Shown here: positions 1 to 12,422 of the stretch, piece by piece
Numbering within the stretch: position 1 is the stretch's first letter
Layout of the letters: every line of letters begins with the position of its first letter
NCBI RefSeq assembly: GCF_009914755.1
Contig: NC_060930.1
Length of the DNA stretch: 64,000 nt
Reading direction: 5' to 3' (one strand)
Origin: the human T2T-CHM13v2.0 reference genome, Homo sapiens
Position numbers and translations under genes: made by a program
Notes under the pieces: model-generated
The model's input: only the letters and a program-made list of their open reading frames with translations
What the model was told of the DNA's origin: nothing
Database searches by the model: none

Positions 1-357
1 GGATCATTGTATTCTTTTGATAAGCATGAAAAGAATTTTGTTTTGGAGTTGACCTAAAGCAGTTTTTCTGTTTCAGTAATCATTGGTGATAATATTTCTC
101 AGGGAAAAGTGTGTATCAAGGTAAATGTTTACCAAACAAAGTTGTTTTCCTGGCAGGAGAAATAACCATTAAGGAAAGGTTTCCTTCCCTTTGAATTAAA
201 TTATTGAGACATACTGAGATGAGCATTGTACGCTGACTGTACTGATGAAGTGATCATAGGCAGTTATTATCTTACCTATTCTAAATAGAAACTTCTTTCT
301 GAAAACGTGCTGCTTCCAAGTAAGCTCTTCATTTAGGTATTAAGTACCTACAGCAAT

Positions 358-359
<2 letters not shown>

Positions 360-387
<28 letters not shown>
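360..387. repeat. Poly-T run (~28 nt)
   Basis: Seen directly; no adjacent Alu body. Confidence 0.9.
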
Positions 388-391
<4 letters not shown>

Positions 392-2579
392 ACCTTTGTC
401 TTTGTAAGATTATAACTAGGTTGGCTGCAACATATTAGACTATTAATTCTGCCCTTGAGACTTTATGGCTGTTTATTATAAATTTAAGTTTTGCTTTCCA
501 GCATTCTTATCAATTGAGAACAGACAACCACAGCTGGCAGAATTAGGTCTTGTTATTGGGCATCTTGACTCATATTTGTTTTTATTGTTATATGCAGAGC
601 ATTGTATTGGATCCTGAGGGAGGACCTAGAATAGGGAATAAAAGAGGTTTCCTTGTCCCAGAAAAGCTATATTCTAGTGGGAGAGACTGTAAAGAAGAAA
701 ACTTCTCATTGTTGAGCACTTACCTGTGTGTGAGGTAGCATGAGTTGCTTTATATATTTTGTTTAATCCTCAAAACAAGCTTGTTTTCATTTTATAAAGT
801 GGAGATTTGAGTTCACATAGACTTTAAATAACTCACTCAAGGATGTGGCTGTCATGTTGAAATGTGAACCTGTTCATGTCCTGTTGCAGCCCCCCAGATG
901 TTTCTGCTGCACTGTAGGACAGACAGATGTCTAGACGTGGTGGATGAGGTTGATTAGGCACTGTGTGGGGCGTGAGCTGCCTCGGAGTCCCTCGTGAGCA
1001 GGAAGAATACTTGTATTTGAATGCCAGGCCTGTCTAGGTAGGTGATGGTCTCAAGTCACCAACAATTTCTTTCTCTCATTTAACCATTCATTCATTTGTT
1101 TCTTCTGGAACTTTTCTTGTACCTGTTGTAAGATCAGAGAAAAATAATTAGTGTCAAACTCCCAGCAGAGCATGGTGATGTAGGCAGGTCTGGGGCCAGT
1201 TAATGCTGGCTGTACCTCAGCCCTGCTGCTGGGCAAGCTAGGTGTTGGTGGTCAGTGTACTTCTTTGGACCTCCCCTCCTCTCCCCAACCCTCTGCACCC
1301 CTCCTCTCCCCTCCCTTCATACCCAGTTTTCAGGTTTAGGAACTTGATTTTATCCATTTGACTAGTTTTGATAAGATTCTGTGGAATTATTCACAACAGC
1401 CAAACATGATTGGCAAAATAATTGAGCAGAATGTTAATCTGTTTATTAAGGGAATATTCTGGGAACAGGTATTAATACATTCTTGTGTGATGTCAAACTA
1501 AATTAATATTTATTAACATGTAGTGCAAATGAAATATACTAAAACATAGTTTTCATAGGCTTTATTTAGGCTTGGTAGAACCTGGAACATTGTTTCCAGG
1601 AATACTCTTACTTTTCTATACACAGGAATGCTACTGCATGATGAGGACACCAGTATCTCCTTACTCCCTTGGGTTTCTTTTTTTTCTCTCTTTGATCTCT
1701 TAACATTTTATGTAAGGTAAGTAGCTGGGCCACATTGGTAATAAAGATTTTATGTTTGCAGTTTCCTTTTTTACAGTGAAGGGCAGTAATTTATATGTAA
1801 GGAATTTTCATGAAGGTGACTTTAAGTGGATTCTCCTCTTTTCCCTGTTTGTCTTTATCAGCTCATTCTGGATTCTTTCCTTTGTGTTGCTGATGTTAAT
1901 GGGCATTCCCTCTCACCCTTGCCAGCCACAGATGATGCTTCTGTTTTTCTTTTGGTTCTTTAATATCTGGTAATTTGGAATTATTTGTTGGCAATTCTCA
2001 GGGAAACTGGTGCTTTTGTATTTCTTGTCATCCTTTGGTACATCTGGCCTGTTTTATTCTGATCACAACTAATGTAAAACTATTTTGTTAGCAAAATGAT
2101 TGAGTACTATGGAGATTAATTGCTTTTTTGCTTTAACTTCTTGTATAAGGGTGAGCCTTTGGAGAAGCCTGGGGGTAGTTTTGCCAATGAATATTTTAGA
2201 GACTATTAGGTTTAGTATAAAGATGGTTTCAGGGTGGTAGTGTGAAAGTATCGGAATCCTGGAATAAAAATACAGCTCCCATGATAAAATCTTAAATTTA
2301 TACAGCTAAATTTGTATAGAAATTTTTGTTTTCTAAAGTGCCATTTTAGGAGTCCGTGGAAGGGGGTAGCGGCAGATGCTTGAATGATTCCAAGAGGTAC
2401 AGCCAGCAGATGTGGGGAGAACGAAGGTGAAGGAAAGCTGGGGAGACAGTGCGTAGGACGTGGTCAGCACAGTACCTGGCACATAGGCGGTGAGCGTGGC
2501 CTGTCATTAATATTACCTAAGACTCACAGGTTTATAGTGTAGGAGCATGTTTCGCATGCATTTTTAGTTATAAAGGTTT

Positions 2580-2873
2580 GTTTTTTTTTTTTTTAGATGA
2601 AGTCTTGCTCTGTCGCCCAGGCTGGAGTGCAGTGGCGCGATCTTGGCTGACTGCAACCTCCACCTCCTGGGTTCAAGCAGTTCTCCTGCCTCAGCCTCCT
2701 GAGTAGCTGAGATTACAGGTGCCTGCCACCACGCCCAGCTAATTTTTGTATTTTTGTAGAGACAGGGTTCCACCATCTTGGTCAGGCTGGTCTCGAACTC
2801 CTGATCTCAGGTGATCCGCCCACCTCGGCCTCCCGAAGTGCTGGGATTACAGGCATGGGCCACCGTGCCCGGC
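2580..2873 (-). mobile_element. Alu (AluS-like), full length
   Basis: Antisense Alu consensus; 14-bp TSD agttataaaggttt at 2566-2579 and 2874-2887. Confidence 0.95.
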
Positions 2874-3279
2874 AGTTATAAAGGTTTTAGGGTTGCCAGA
2901 CTAACATAGAGATGGACATGTTTAAAAGGATGTCAGGTTTGCTTTGTTTGTTACTTGACCCAGACCAGACTAAGAGGTTGTTGATAGAATTTCTGAGAGA
3001 CAGCAGGACTCCTACTCATGTAGCTCCCATTTTGCCAACTCTTTAAGCTTTCTCAGGTCTCGCACCCAAAACTATGGCCCTCCTTTACTCCAGAATCTAT
3101 GGGTAAGTGTTGTTTCTGAACATACATGCTCATTTATTTTGTATTTTCTCTTGGTATAGTGGGTAACAAGACACCCTGAGCAAGCACTATAAAGTTTCAG
3201 GGCTAGAAATGTGCCTTACTGTCTCACTTTTTTGTTTTGATTTTCATAAGTTTGTATGGTTGTTAACCCTGTTCTAATA

Positions 3280-3512
3280 CAGGTTAAGTGTCTCTAACTT
3301 GAAAACCTGAAATATGACATGCTCCAAAATCTGAAATGTTTTGAGCGCCAACATGACACTCAAAGGAGAAATGCATATTGCAGCATTTCAGATTTCAGAT
3401 TCTCAGATCAGACATGCTGAAGTGTATCATGCAAATATTCCAAAATCTGCAAATACTCAAAATTCAAAATAGTTCTGGTTCCAAGCATTTTGAATAAAGT
3501 ATTCTCAACCTG
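3280..3512. mobile_element. Tigger4a (Zombi/MER46-type) MITE
   Basis: TA|caggtt...aacctg|TA termini; internal ccaaaatctgaaa repeats typical of the family. Confidence 0.85.
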
Positions 3513-4078
3513 TATCCCATTTCTCCTATTTTTCTTCAAATAAGTACTTCTTAGTTCATACTTATTAGTCAAAAAGAGGCTAGTGGATTGGGGAAAATTA
3601 AAGAAAGGCTTCATTCAGTGTGATGGGCTTTGAGGACCAAATGGTTTGACTTTTGAGAACATGAAAGCCATTGCAAAATGTAAAGCCAAGGAATGATGTG
3701 TTGTGACTTAGTTTGAACAGGACTTTGGTTGGATTCTGGGTGTATTTTGATGGATCAGATGTGGAACCAAGGATGACTTTAGTTGAACAACTGAATCTTT
3801 AATCTTGCTTGAGACAGTAAAAGTGACCTAGGAGTTAGAAATATTCTCTGGAATTTTTGTTGGGAGTTGTGCTTTTTCTGTGTGCAAGGAAATAATGGGA
3901 AAGGACATCCCACAGTTGTGAGTGTCAGCCCACATTGCAGTAGATGATACCTGTGGAGGGGATACCTTTGGCTGGAATACCAATGTGCTTTTTCTCTAGA
4001 GGTAAGATTTTGAGACAAATCTAAAATGCGTTCATTGATTATGGGCAAGTAGTTCATTTAGAAAATTAGTTACAACTA

Positions 4079-4154
4079 TTAGGTTGGTGCAAAAGTACTT
4101 GTGCTTTTTGCCATTGAAAATAATGGCAAAACCCACAATTTTGCACCAACATAA
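4079..4154. mobile_element. MADE1 (Hsmar1-derived MITE)
   Basis: ttaggttggtgcaaaag...ttttgcaccaacataa palindrome flanked by TA. Confidence 0.92.
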
Positions 4155-4284
4155 TATATTCTTCAAAAATTAAGAGTTTTCATTTATTCACATTAATGGT
4201 TGGGACCAACATTTCCCTCTTGCTTTTTAAAAGGAACTTGTTCATTTAGGCTTTTGACCCTTGGAGCTGGAAAGGGACCTCACG

Positions 4285-4495
4285 GGCAGTACAGGCACGG
4301 ACTTTGGAGTCTGGTGGATCTGGGTCTTAACTCTGGATCTGCCACATACCAGCTCGAGCACCGAACTCAACTCTATGAGTTTGGACAACTAGATCTTGAA
4401 ATAGGGTTAAATAATAGTATCTGTTGAGCTGCATTCTTATAAATATTGAGTGTCATGGTGTGCCTACCACTTGCCAAGGACCAATAGATGTTAGC
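4285..4495 (+). mobile_element. MIR fragment
   Basis: ggactttggagtc...ctgggtcttaactctggatctgccac resembles the MIR core. Confidence 0.6.
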
Positions 4496-4750
4496 TGTTG
4501 ATAACATCATCTATTTGACAGCCATTATTTCATACGTGACACAGGTGAGGCAAAGAGAAATTGTTAGTAACTTGTTCAAAGTCAGAAATGAAACTTGAAG
4601 ACTAAAAACCCATCTCTCTACGTTAGTCTCAGATGTTTATGATGAAGCATTTTTTAAAAAAGTGAACAGACTTCCTCATTTATTATTACAAAAAGTGAAT
4701 CCTTTTCAGAATGTTGTTTTCCAAAAATGTACCATTTTGTTTTCTTTTAG

Positions 4751-4946
4751 GATTTGGAGTTCCATGGAGTGATGAGATTTTATTTTCAAGATAAAGCTGC
4801 TGGAAACTTTGCAACAAAATGTATTCGGGTCTCTAGTACTGCCACCACTCAAGATGTAATCGAAACGCTCGCGGAGAAATTTCGACCTGATATGCGAATG
4901 CTGTCCTCTCCCAAGTATTCACTCTATGAAGTGCATGTCAGCGGAG
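4751..4946 (+). CDS. AFDN: AFDN exon 2 (196 nt), RA1 domain N-part: DLEFHGVMRFYFQ...EVHVSG
   Basis: tttcttttag acceptor, G|gtcagt donor; overlaps ORF 4754..4987; phase 0 to 1. Confidence 0.97.
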
Positions 4947-5555
4947 GTCAGTGTATACAGGAAGGGTTTGCTAGAGGCATGACCTGACCTGTGAAGAGAC
5001 AGCTTGTCCAGGGTCATTGTGGTCATGTCAGGTTTACTGCTCGTCTCCATCTTTCTTCTCTTTTGGTGGGTAGGAGAGTAGCTGGCAGGCTGAGAAAACT
5101 GTTTTATGTCTGGGAAGTGTTCTTATAAATCCCTGGCACATATATCTGTTGGAAGTTAGAATGAATATATTAATTTTGCATATGCTTATTTCTCCAAAGA
5201 TAAGTAACGTTACATTTATCCAACATATCTGGGTGTCACATACATTGTGTAGTATGCTACCTGCTTTTTGAGAATGTTTTATGTGGCTCTTATGTAGAGA
5301 TTATAATATTATAATTGTAACACAGTTAAATATTATATAGGTATGAGTCATCAATCTTGCTGTAATATTTTTGCCTTCTGAAACAATACATTTTCATTAT
5401 TCTTTGGGAATAATTTAGGGTATGTATCTTAAGGAAACCTCCTTATGTATTTAGTAATTTCTGCTTGTATTAACATTAGAAATTTCTGAAAATATCTTAT
5501 ATAGCAATATCAAATGACAACTAAAATTAGACTGATTAAGAAATGTGGAAATGTA

Positions 5556-5834
5556 GGTAAGTGCCATGGCTTATGCCTGTAATCCTGACACTTTGGGAGG
5601 CTGAGGTGGGAAGATTGCTTGAGGCAACATAGTGAGACCCGTCTCCACAAAAAAATAAAAAAAAAAAGTTAGCTAGGCATGATGGCACATGCCTGTAGTC
5701 CCAGCTACTTGGGAGGCTGAGGCAGGAGGATCACTTGAGCTCAGGAGTTTGAGGCTTCAGTGAGCTAGGATCGTGCCACTGCACTCCACCCTGGGTGACA
5801 CAGTGAGACTTTGTCTCTAAAAAAATTAATAAAA
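5556..5834 (+). mobile_element. Alu (AluJ-like)
   Basis: Sense Alu dimer with A-rich linker; diverged. Confidence 0.9.
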
Positions 5835-7594
5835 TGAAATGTAGAAATTTTTAAATTTTTTCATTGGTGTTTTGGAAATGTTGAGTAACCTGTTTTAATA
5901 AAATACAGATTACAGTTGGTGCAGCAAATAAAGGATTTATGTATAGCACAAACCTAATTTGAATACCTCTTTTAAGTTCCATCCACAGATCTTTTTTGAA
6001 CCTTTTTTTTTTTTTTACTCAAAAAATACTGCTTTCTTTGTACATATGAAAATAGACTAAAGTGTTTGTAATATGTGGGATTTTCAGGTGTGACTAAATC
6101 CTTTTTCCCTCAGTAGTATGTAAGTCAGGCCATTTTTTGTTGTTGTTGTTTGTTTACTTTTTTTCTTAAGGTTATCATCTTCATCATTAATGCCAAAACT
6201 AAATTTAACAATAGAGGGTGTTCTCAATTTTGGGTGATTTTTCTGAAGCTGAGTTTTTCCTTTACCTTAGAATTTTTGTAAATAGGTTACAAAGAAGAAT
6301 AAAATCTCTCTCACTTCCACCTTTTTTTTCTTTTTAGTCTGTGCTGTTCAGTTAGTTGAATACTGTCGAGTGTGAAGTCTTTGAATAATATGTAAGATTG
6401 GAGTTTGAGGTCTAAAAATTGGATGAATTTGATTTTTTAAAGAAAAGGGTGAAAACAAAAAGATGGTTAAAGAAGAAGGAAATAGTGTCTTCCCCACTCC
6501 CTCAGGTACCCTTCCACACCTTTGGGCTTAAAGTGCTGGTTTTTTTTCACCAGTGCCTCAGGTATGAGGAAAGCCCTAGCATGCAGGTTCTCAGTCTTTT
6601 CTGGGTTACAGAAACCTTAGCGTCTCAGTCATTTTTTAATAATGGCACCGCTAGGCCAGAGGAAATACCTAATAGTCCGTTTCATTAAGTAGTTAGATTC
6701 AGACAGGTTTAGTAAGTGTTTAACAGTGAACAGTTAGGTAGATGTTTGAAAAATAGTACACATAAAATGATGGAAAACTGAAGCTTTCATTTTATTCTTA
6801 ATCACAGCTGCTGTCTGCTGGGACAGTTGTGCCTCTTGGGCCTTTCCGAGCTCCTCAGACCCTGGGAGCCCTGACTTCTTGTCCATGTTGATTTTCAGAG
6901 AGTACTGCTTGTTTATTACAGCGTTACGGAAAACCCAGCTTTGTATGTATGTGATGCCGACAGAAGAGACGCTGTGCAGTTTGCTGTGGTCCAGCAGCCA
7001 CCCGAACCAGTTCTTTTGGTGTCTGGCACATGCACCTTGTTTCTCTTGAATATTTAAATGCTCCTCAGTGCCCTGGGGTCACCTCAGCACGTTTGCATAC
7101 CGCAGCCCTAGTGAGCTAAAGCCCCAGCCCCAAACCTTCAGCCACCAGGGAAGCTCTGCATCTATTCTTTTTATATAGTCCAAGTCTTTGTGTGAATTCA
7201 GTAGGAAACATAAAAAAGGATCATGCTACTTTAAAAACGTGAATGAAACCACTAAGGCAGAAGAGATCTTAAATGCGTAAAGATTACAGTAGGACCCAGT
7301 TCCCTCTTTACCTTCAGTGCCTACTCACACGTGCTTTAGAATATCTCAGCCCTCTTCTTGCTTTACTTTTATGATGTATACATAATTGTTAATGGTAGTT
7401 CTCTAAAAGTTGCACTCTGAAGGATTTTCATCTAGTAAAAATTTTGCAACAAGAACGATTTGGTAATTTTGGTTTATGGAAGGAATTCAGACTTACTGTT
7501 CTATCCCTAATTTTTACTGTGGTTTTAACTTCTTATATTTTCAGTTGATAAAATAATTATCCAAAATTTTTTATTTCTGTATTTTGATAACTAG

Positions 7595-7935
<341 letters not shown>

Positions 7936-8471
7936 TTACATGATAATTCTCTAGCTAGTCTCATGGCCTCCTATTTTTACCAGCCTCCTTGTAGCATATC
8001 CTGTATATAATTACCTGGATAATCTTTGTCAACACTATTAGTAGTACTGTCAGTATCATCATTGTTGTCATCATTATGGTGTCATTTTTTATGGGGAGGG
8101 TGGTGGTAAACTATTGCTCATTTAAAATTTAAATTTTTGGCATAGCATTGAAAGTGCTTTTTCAAATTAATAGTTCTCTTCCCCTGCGTGAGGCTGTAGT
8201 AAGACCCTTGTGCCGTCACCATGCTGTTACTGCCTCTCTTTCTGACAGTTTTCTGGAACAACCTGTGCTTATCCTTTCCTTCAAGGGCTGACCTGGTCAT
8301 ATAGTCTCTGGGCATCTTTTCGTTGAATAACCTAACCAAAGTGATCGTTTGTACTGCCTCATCTAGTGTTTTTATTGTAATATATTATTACTAATACAGC
8401 AAAGTACTGTTTTCCAGAGATAGTATCTGTAAAAGGCCCCTTAGAAAAACACATTTAAAACTGGGATCAAA

Positions 8472-8585
8472 GCTGAATGTGGTAGCATGTACCTATAGTC
8501 ACAGCTACTCAAGAGGCTGAGGTTGGAGGGCTACTTAAAATCAGGAGTTTCAGATCAGCCTGGGCAACATAGTGAGACCCTCATC
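8472..8585 (+). mobile_element. Alu monomer (FLAM-like)
   Basis: cagctactcaagaggctgagg...cagcctgggcaacatagtgagaccc. Confidence 0.75.
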
Positions 8586-8968
8586 TGGAATCAAATTTTA
8601 TAGTAAATGCTGACAGCATTTGGAGACCTTTGTTAGAAAAACAAAGTGTATCTCATATTTATCATTTATTGCTTCAAATATGGACTAATTGAAAAAACAA
8701 AGACTTAATCTTGGGTTGTCTTTCTTGACTTTCTGTGTGACTGTTGGGGTGTGATTATGAAGAGCACTTTGAGTTTAGGACTTGAACCAGTATTTCTCAG
8801 AACGTCTTCCAGTCCTTGGAAAATCACATCTTTCTCTTGCAAGGAGTCTATGTTATCATCATCCTTATCAGTTGTCTCTTTAGTTATTAATTGGTCTGTC
8901 TGATCCTCATTTATCATTGGCCGAGTTTGTGCTTGATGGAGTTTTTACTATCATCAGCATTGTGCAAT

Positions 8969-9288
8969 CTTTTTTTTTTTTTTTTTTTTGAGACAGGGTC
9001 TCACTTTGTCACCCAGAGTGGAGTGCAGTGGTGCCGTCACAGTTCACTGTGGCCTCAACCTCTTGGACTCAAGTGATTCTCCCCCCTCAGCCCTCCAAGC
9101 AGCTGGGACTGCAAGCACACACCACCACACCCGGCTAATTTCTTCTTCTTCTTTTTTTTTTTTCTGTGGAAATCGGATCTCGCCATGTTGCCCAGGCTGG
9201 TCTCAAACTCTTGAGCTCGATCGATCTATCCACCTTGGCCTCCCAAAGTGCTGGTATTATAGGTGTGAGTCCAGCCAGCATCGTGCAG
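8969..9288 (-). mobile_element. Alu (AluJ-like)
   Basis: Poly-T plus gagacagggtctcac...; source of ORFs 8891, 8988 and 9166. Confidence 0.9.
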
Positions 9289-10594
9289 TCTTGTCCTTTT
9301 CTGCAAAGTATAGCAGTTTGCAGTTTGTGTGACAGGGCACTGTCATATGCATTCTGACTGTGAGGTGATGTGACTGATGGGGTGCTGGGCAGTGGGCAGA
9401 GCTGGACAGGGAGTGATGTTTGGATAGGGAGTCAGTGATTTTATTTTATGGTGAATTTTACTTTCCTTACTCAACTCTGAAAGTGCTGGGTCTTGTGTTA
9501 CTGATATTCAGGTTACAGAGCATTCCTGTAACAGATGTTTCTGAAAGAGGCATTTCTAAAAAAAAACTAAAATTCTGCCAAATTGTACACTAAAAGGTAG
9601 GGACTTTAAGATAAAGAAAGATTTGGGTAGGTCACTCAATACCTGTTTAAATTTGTAGCACTGGCTCAAAGAACAGTTGAAGGTTTGAGCAGAGTGAATG
9701 GATTTCTCCGAGCGACAAGGAGAATTCCTGGGGAATGTAGCCTGAGTTGTGTGTGGGGCTTGCAGCATCAAATCTGTTGCCAGCTCCTGCTTCCTTAGTG
9801 TTCTCCAGCCTAGGATGGGTGTCTTGGCCAGTAGGAGCAGGTCCATCCTTCAGTGCCGCCTTTTTTCCACAGCTTCCAGCGACCGTAGGCCTCTGTGAGG
9901 TGGTCAGGCTGTGTGAGGCTCTCACGGAGACCCTCCGTGGAGTACCATGTTCCTGATAAGTGTGGCTGGGAGGCTTGCTAATGAAAGAAGTAATATACCA
10001 AACATAATACTTTACATAAGAAAAGTGATGGTAACTTTATGGTGGAAGGGAGAGGTAAGTGTTGAAGTGGGCAAATTTTGGAGACAAGGATCAGATGCAC
10101 AGAGACAGGAAGAATAGTGCAGTCATCACTTCCAAGACTGGTGAGGGCTGCTGCCATCGCTTTGTGTGGGGTATAACATTAATGTGATGAGAACAATCTC
10201 ATAGAATCAGTGGAACTTCTGTGTGGTATTAACATTATGTCCTTATTTTCCAGTTGCATATGAGATAATTTGATTTACAGAAATAAGCTTTTAGCAAAAA
10301 CCATGTATACTTTTTTTCTTATTGCATGTATATTTCTCTTATTTTCCCAGTTAGATCTAAATGAGGGAATTGCCTCTGTTCAGTGTCTGGCACTGGGTAT
10401 GTGGTAATAAACATACAGTAGCAACAAAATGTTGAATTAATTAAAACAAATGATTTTACATTTTGAACAATACATTTCAGTCTGCAAGTAGGTGCTTTGT
10501 CTATAAAATTAAATGTATATCAGAATGCTTGTATTAGCTAGTTCTATGAAATAACCATAGCTTATTCTTTTTTTCATTTCATGTTTTGAAGAAG

Positions 10595-10707
10595 AAAGAA
10601 GATTGGATATAGATGAGAAACCTCTAGTTGTACAACTGAATTGGAACAAAGATGATCGGGAAGGCAGATTTGTTCTTAAGAATGAGAATGACGCCATTCC
10701 TCCTAAG
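10595..10707 (+). CDS. AFDN: AFDN exon 3 (113 nt, or 116 nt from 10592), RA1 C-part: ERRLDIDEKPLVVQLNW...DAIPPK
   Basis: Pyrimidine tract then AAG/AAG tandem acceptor; AAG|gtagga donor; frame continues from exon 2. Confidence 0.93.
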
Positions 10708-12164
10708 GTAGGAACCCTCAGTATTTTATGACGGTCTTGGTCCAGGGCCAGGTCTGACTGATAAACAGGAGACTGATGTTTTGTTACAGGAGTTCCTTCT
10801 CTTTTTTGCTTCTCTTTATAAACCCTTTTACCCTCCTCCCAGAAAATAATTTAAAAGAAGCCTTTTTCTCTCTACTTTATCCTTTATCTCAACTAGTAAT
10901 TCCAGATATTGTTTCTCACCTTTTCAAAGAATATTTATGTAAACTCGTTACTGTGAGATTTAATGATCAGGTGATCAGCTGCAGTTATTTTTTTTTTCCA
11001 AAATATAAAATCAGAATAGTTCTAATAAGGATCAAAAGGGAAAATAACGCTTTTATATCTATTTGTGAACTTTTAGATGCAACTTTGGTCATTTAAAACG
11101 TTTTCATTATGTGCAGGGTTAGGAATTAGTAAACTTTCTTGAATGATGGAATAGAGTGATTCTACAACTTCCTAGGTGGTAGGATATCTGGAATTCTGTG
11201 CTGCTATGTTTATTTTGTGCTAAATCAAGTGGCATCTTACACAAGAATTCATTATGGACAAGTGATAGCAAATGCAAAGGTTAAGAATATTTTTATGAAA
11301 AATCTTCCATTTCATTCCCCCCCGCCCCGCCCCCCAACAGATTGGGAAAAGGCTGTCGTTAATCACTTTTAGCAGCAGAAATTTTTTATTTTGTGTGATG
11401 TCACTGTTCCATGTTGAAGAGTCATGGAGATGTACAAAATGTATTGACCTTATTTGTTACTGTGCTTAGTGATGTGTCATATTTGCAGCAAATACAAAAA
11501 AAGTTAAGAATGCATGTCCATTGTTTTGCTATACATGTTTTATTTCATTTCTGCTCCACAATTTCAGCAGATGCTCTTTCATTCTGTATATTTTGCTATG
11601 GACCACAGACCCTCATTGACATGTATTGGAACTCCTAAGACCAGTGCAGTGCTCCAAGTATCTATGAATCAAATGGCAGTGTTCACATGCTTTTCTCCCA
11701 TAACTTATAAAGCAGAAGGTAGTTTTCTTTCCCATCACAATAGCCATTCTTTTCCTTATTTTTCATAGTTATTTTCTTATTAAGTTATCTGTAAAAATAA
11801 TGCATCTCTGTCATCTGCTAGCAGGCCATTGTTCGAGGTTAAAATACAAATTAAGAAGAAGCAAGCAAATAAATCAGATCTGGAAACGAAGTTAGAGATT
11901 TTTGCACAAACATAATACTTACAACAGTTTCATAAAAGCCAATTTATTATGGCTACTCTTAACAATTCCTTTAAAGTTAAAAACTACTATAGGCGATTTG
12001 TCTATTATTCACTCTTTGTTTTTATAATTTTGTTAGGTTTCTTTTATTCAAGTTACTTTATGTAAATTACTTGGAGTTTTATTTACTGAAAATCAGATTT
12101 CATCATTTCTCCCCCAGTTTTCTAACTGGCTTTGATTTTTGTTTCTTAGCTTGCTTGCTTGCTA

Positions 12165-12305
12165 GTTTTTAAATGAGGTAAAATATAGATTCGGTGAGAT
12201 GCACAGATCTTGAGTGTGCAGTTCAATTGATTTTGATAAATACACCCATGTAACTGCCAGCTGAATCAAGATAAAGACCATTCTCATTACTCCAGACCTT
12301 CCTGT
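12165..12305 (-). mobile_element. Old L1 (L1M) 3'-end fragment
   Basis: tgcacagatcttgagtgtgcagttcaattgattttgataaa resembles antisense L1M 3' end. Confidence 0.6.
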
Positions 12306-12422
12306 GTTTCAGTAGCTTTGTTCACATGTTCGGCAGCATGTGAGATGAAGTTACCTAAGCCGTAGGCAATTTTATGTGATTCTGCATAGTAGTCAATATG
12401 GTGATAATGTTACTTTCATCAG

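Noticed and set aside
390-403. 14-nt exon after the T28-AG tract
   Set aside because: Donor TTT|gtaaga is weak and the length is not 3n.
3160-3162. 3-nt TGG microexon (tag|TGG|gtaaca)
   Set aside because: Weak sites; pattern expected by chance.
8988-9332. Alu-derived ORFs (also 2564, 14971, 22663, 27681, 42000, 44384, 46166, 63791)
   Set aside because: These are translations of Alu consensus, not genes.
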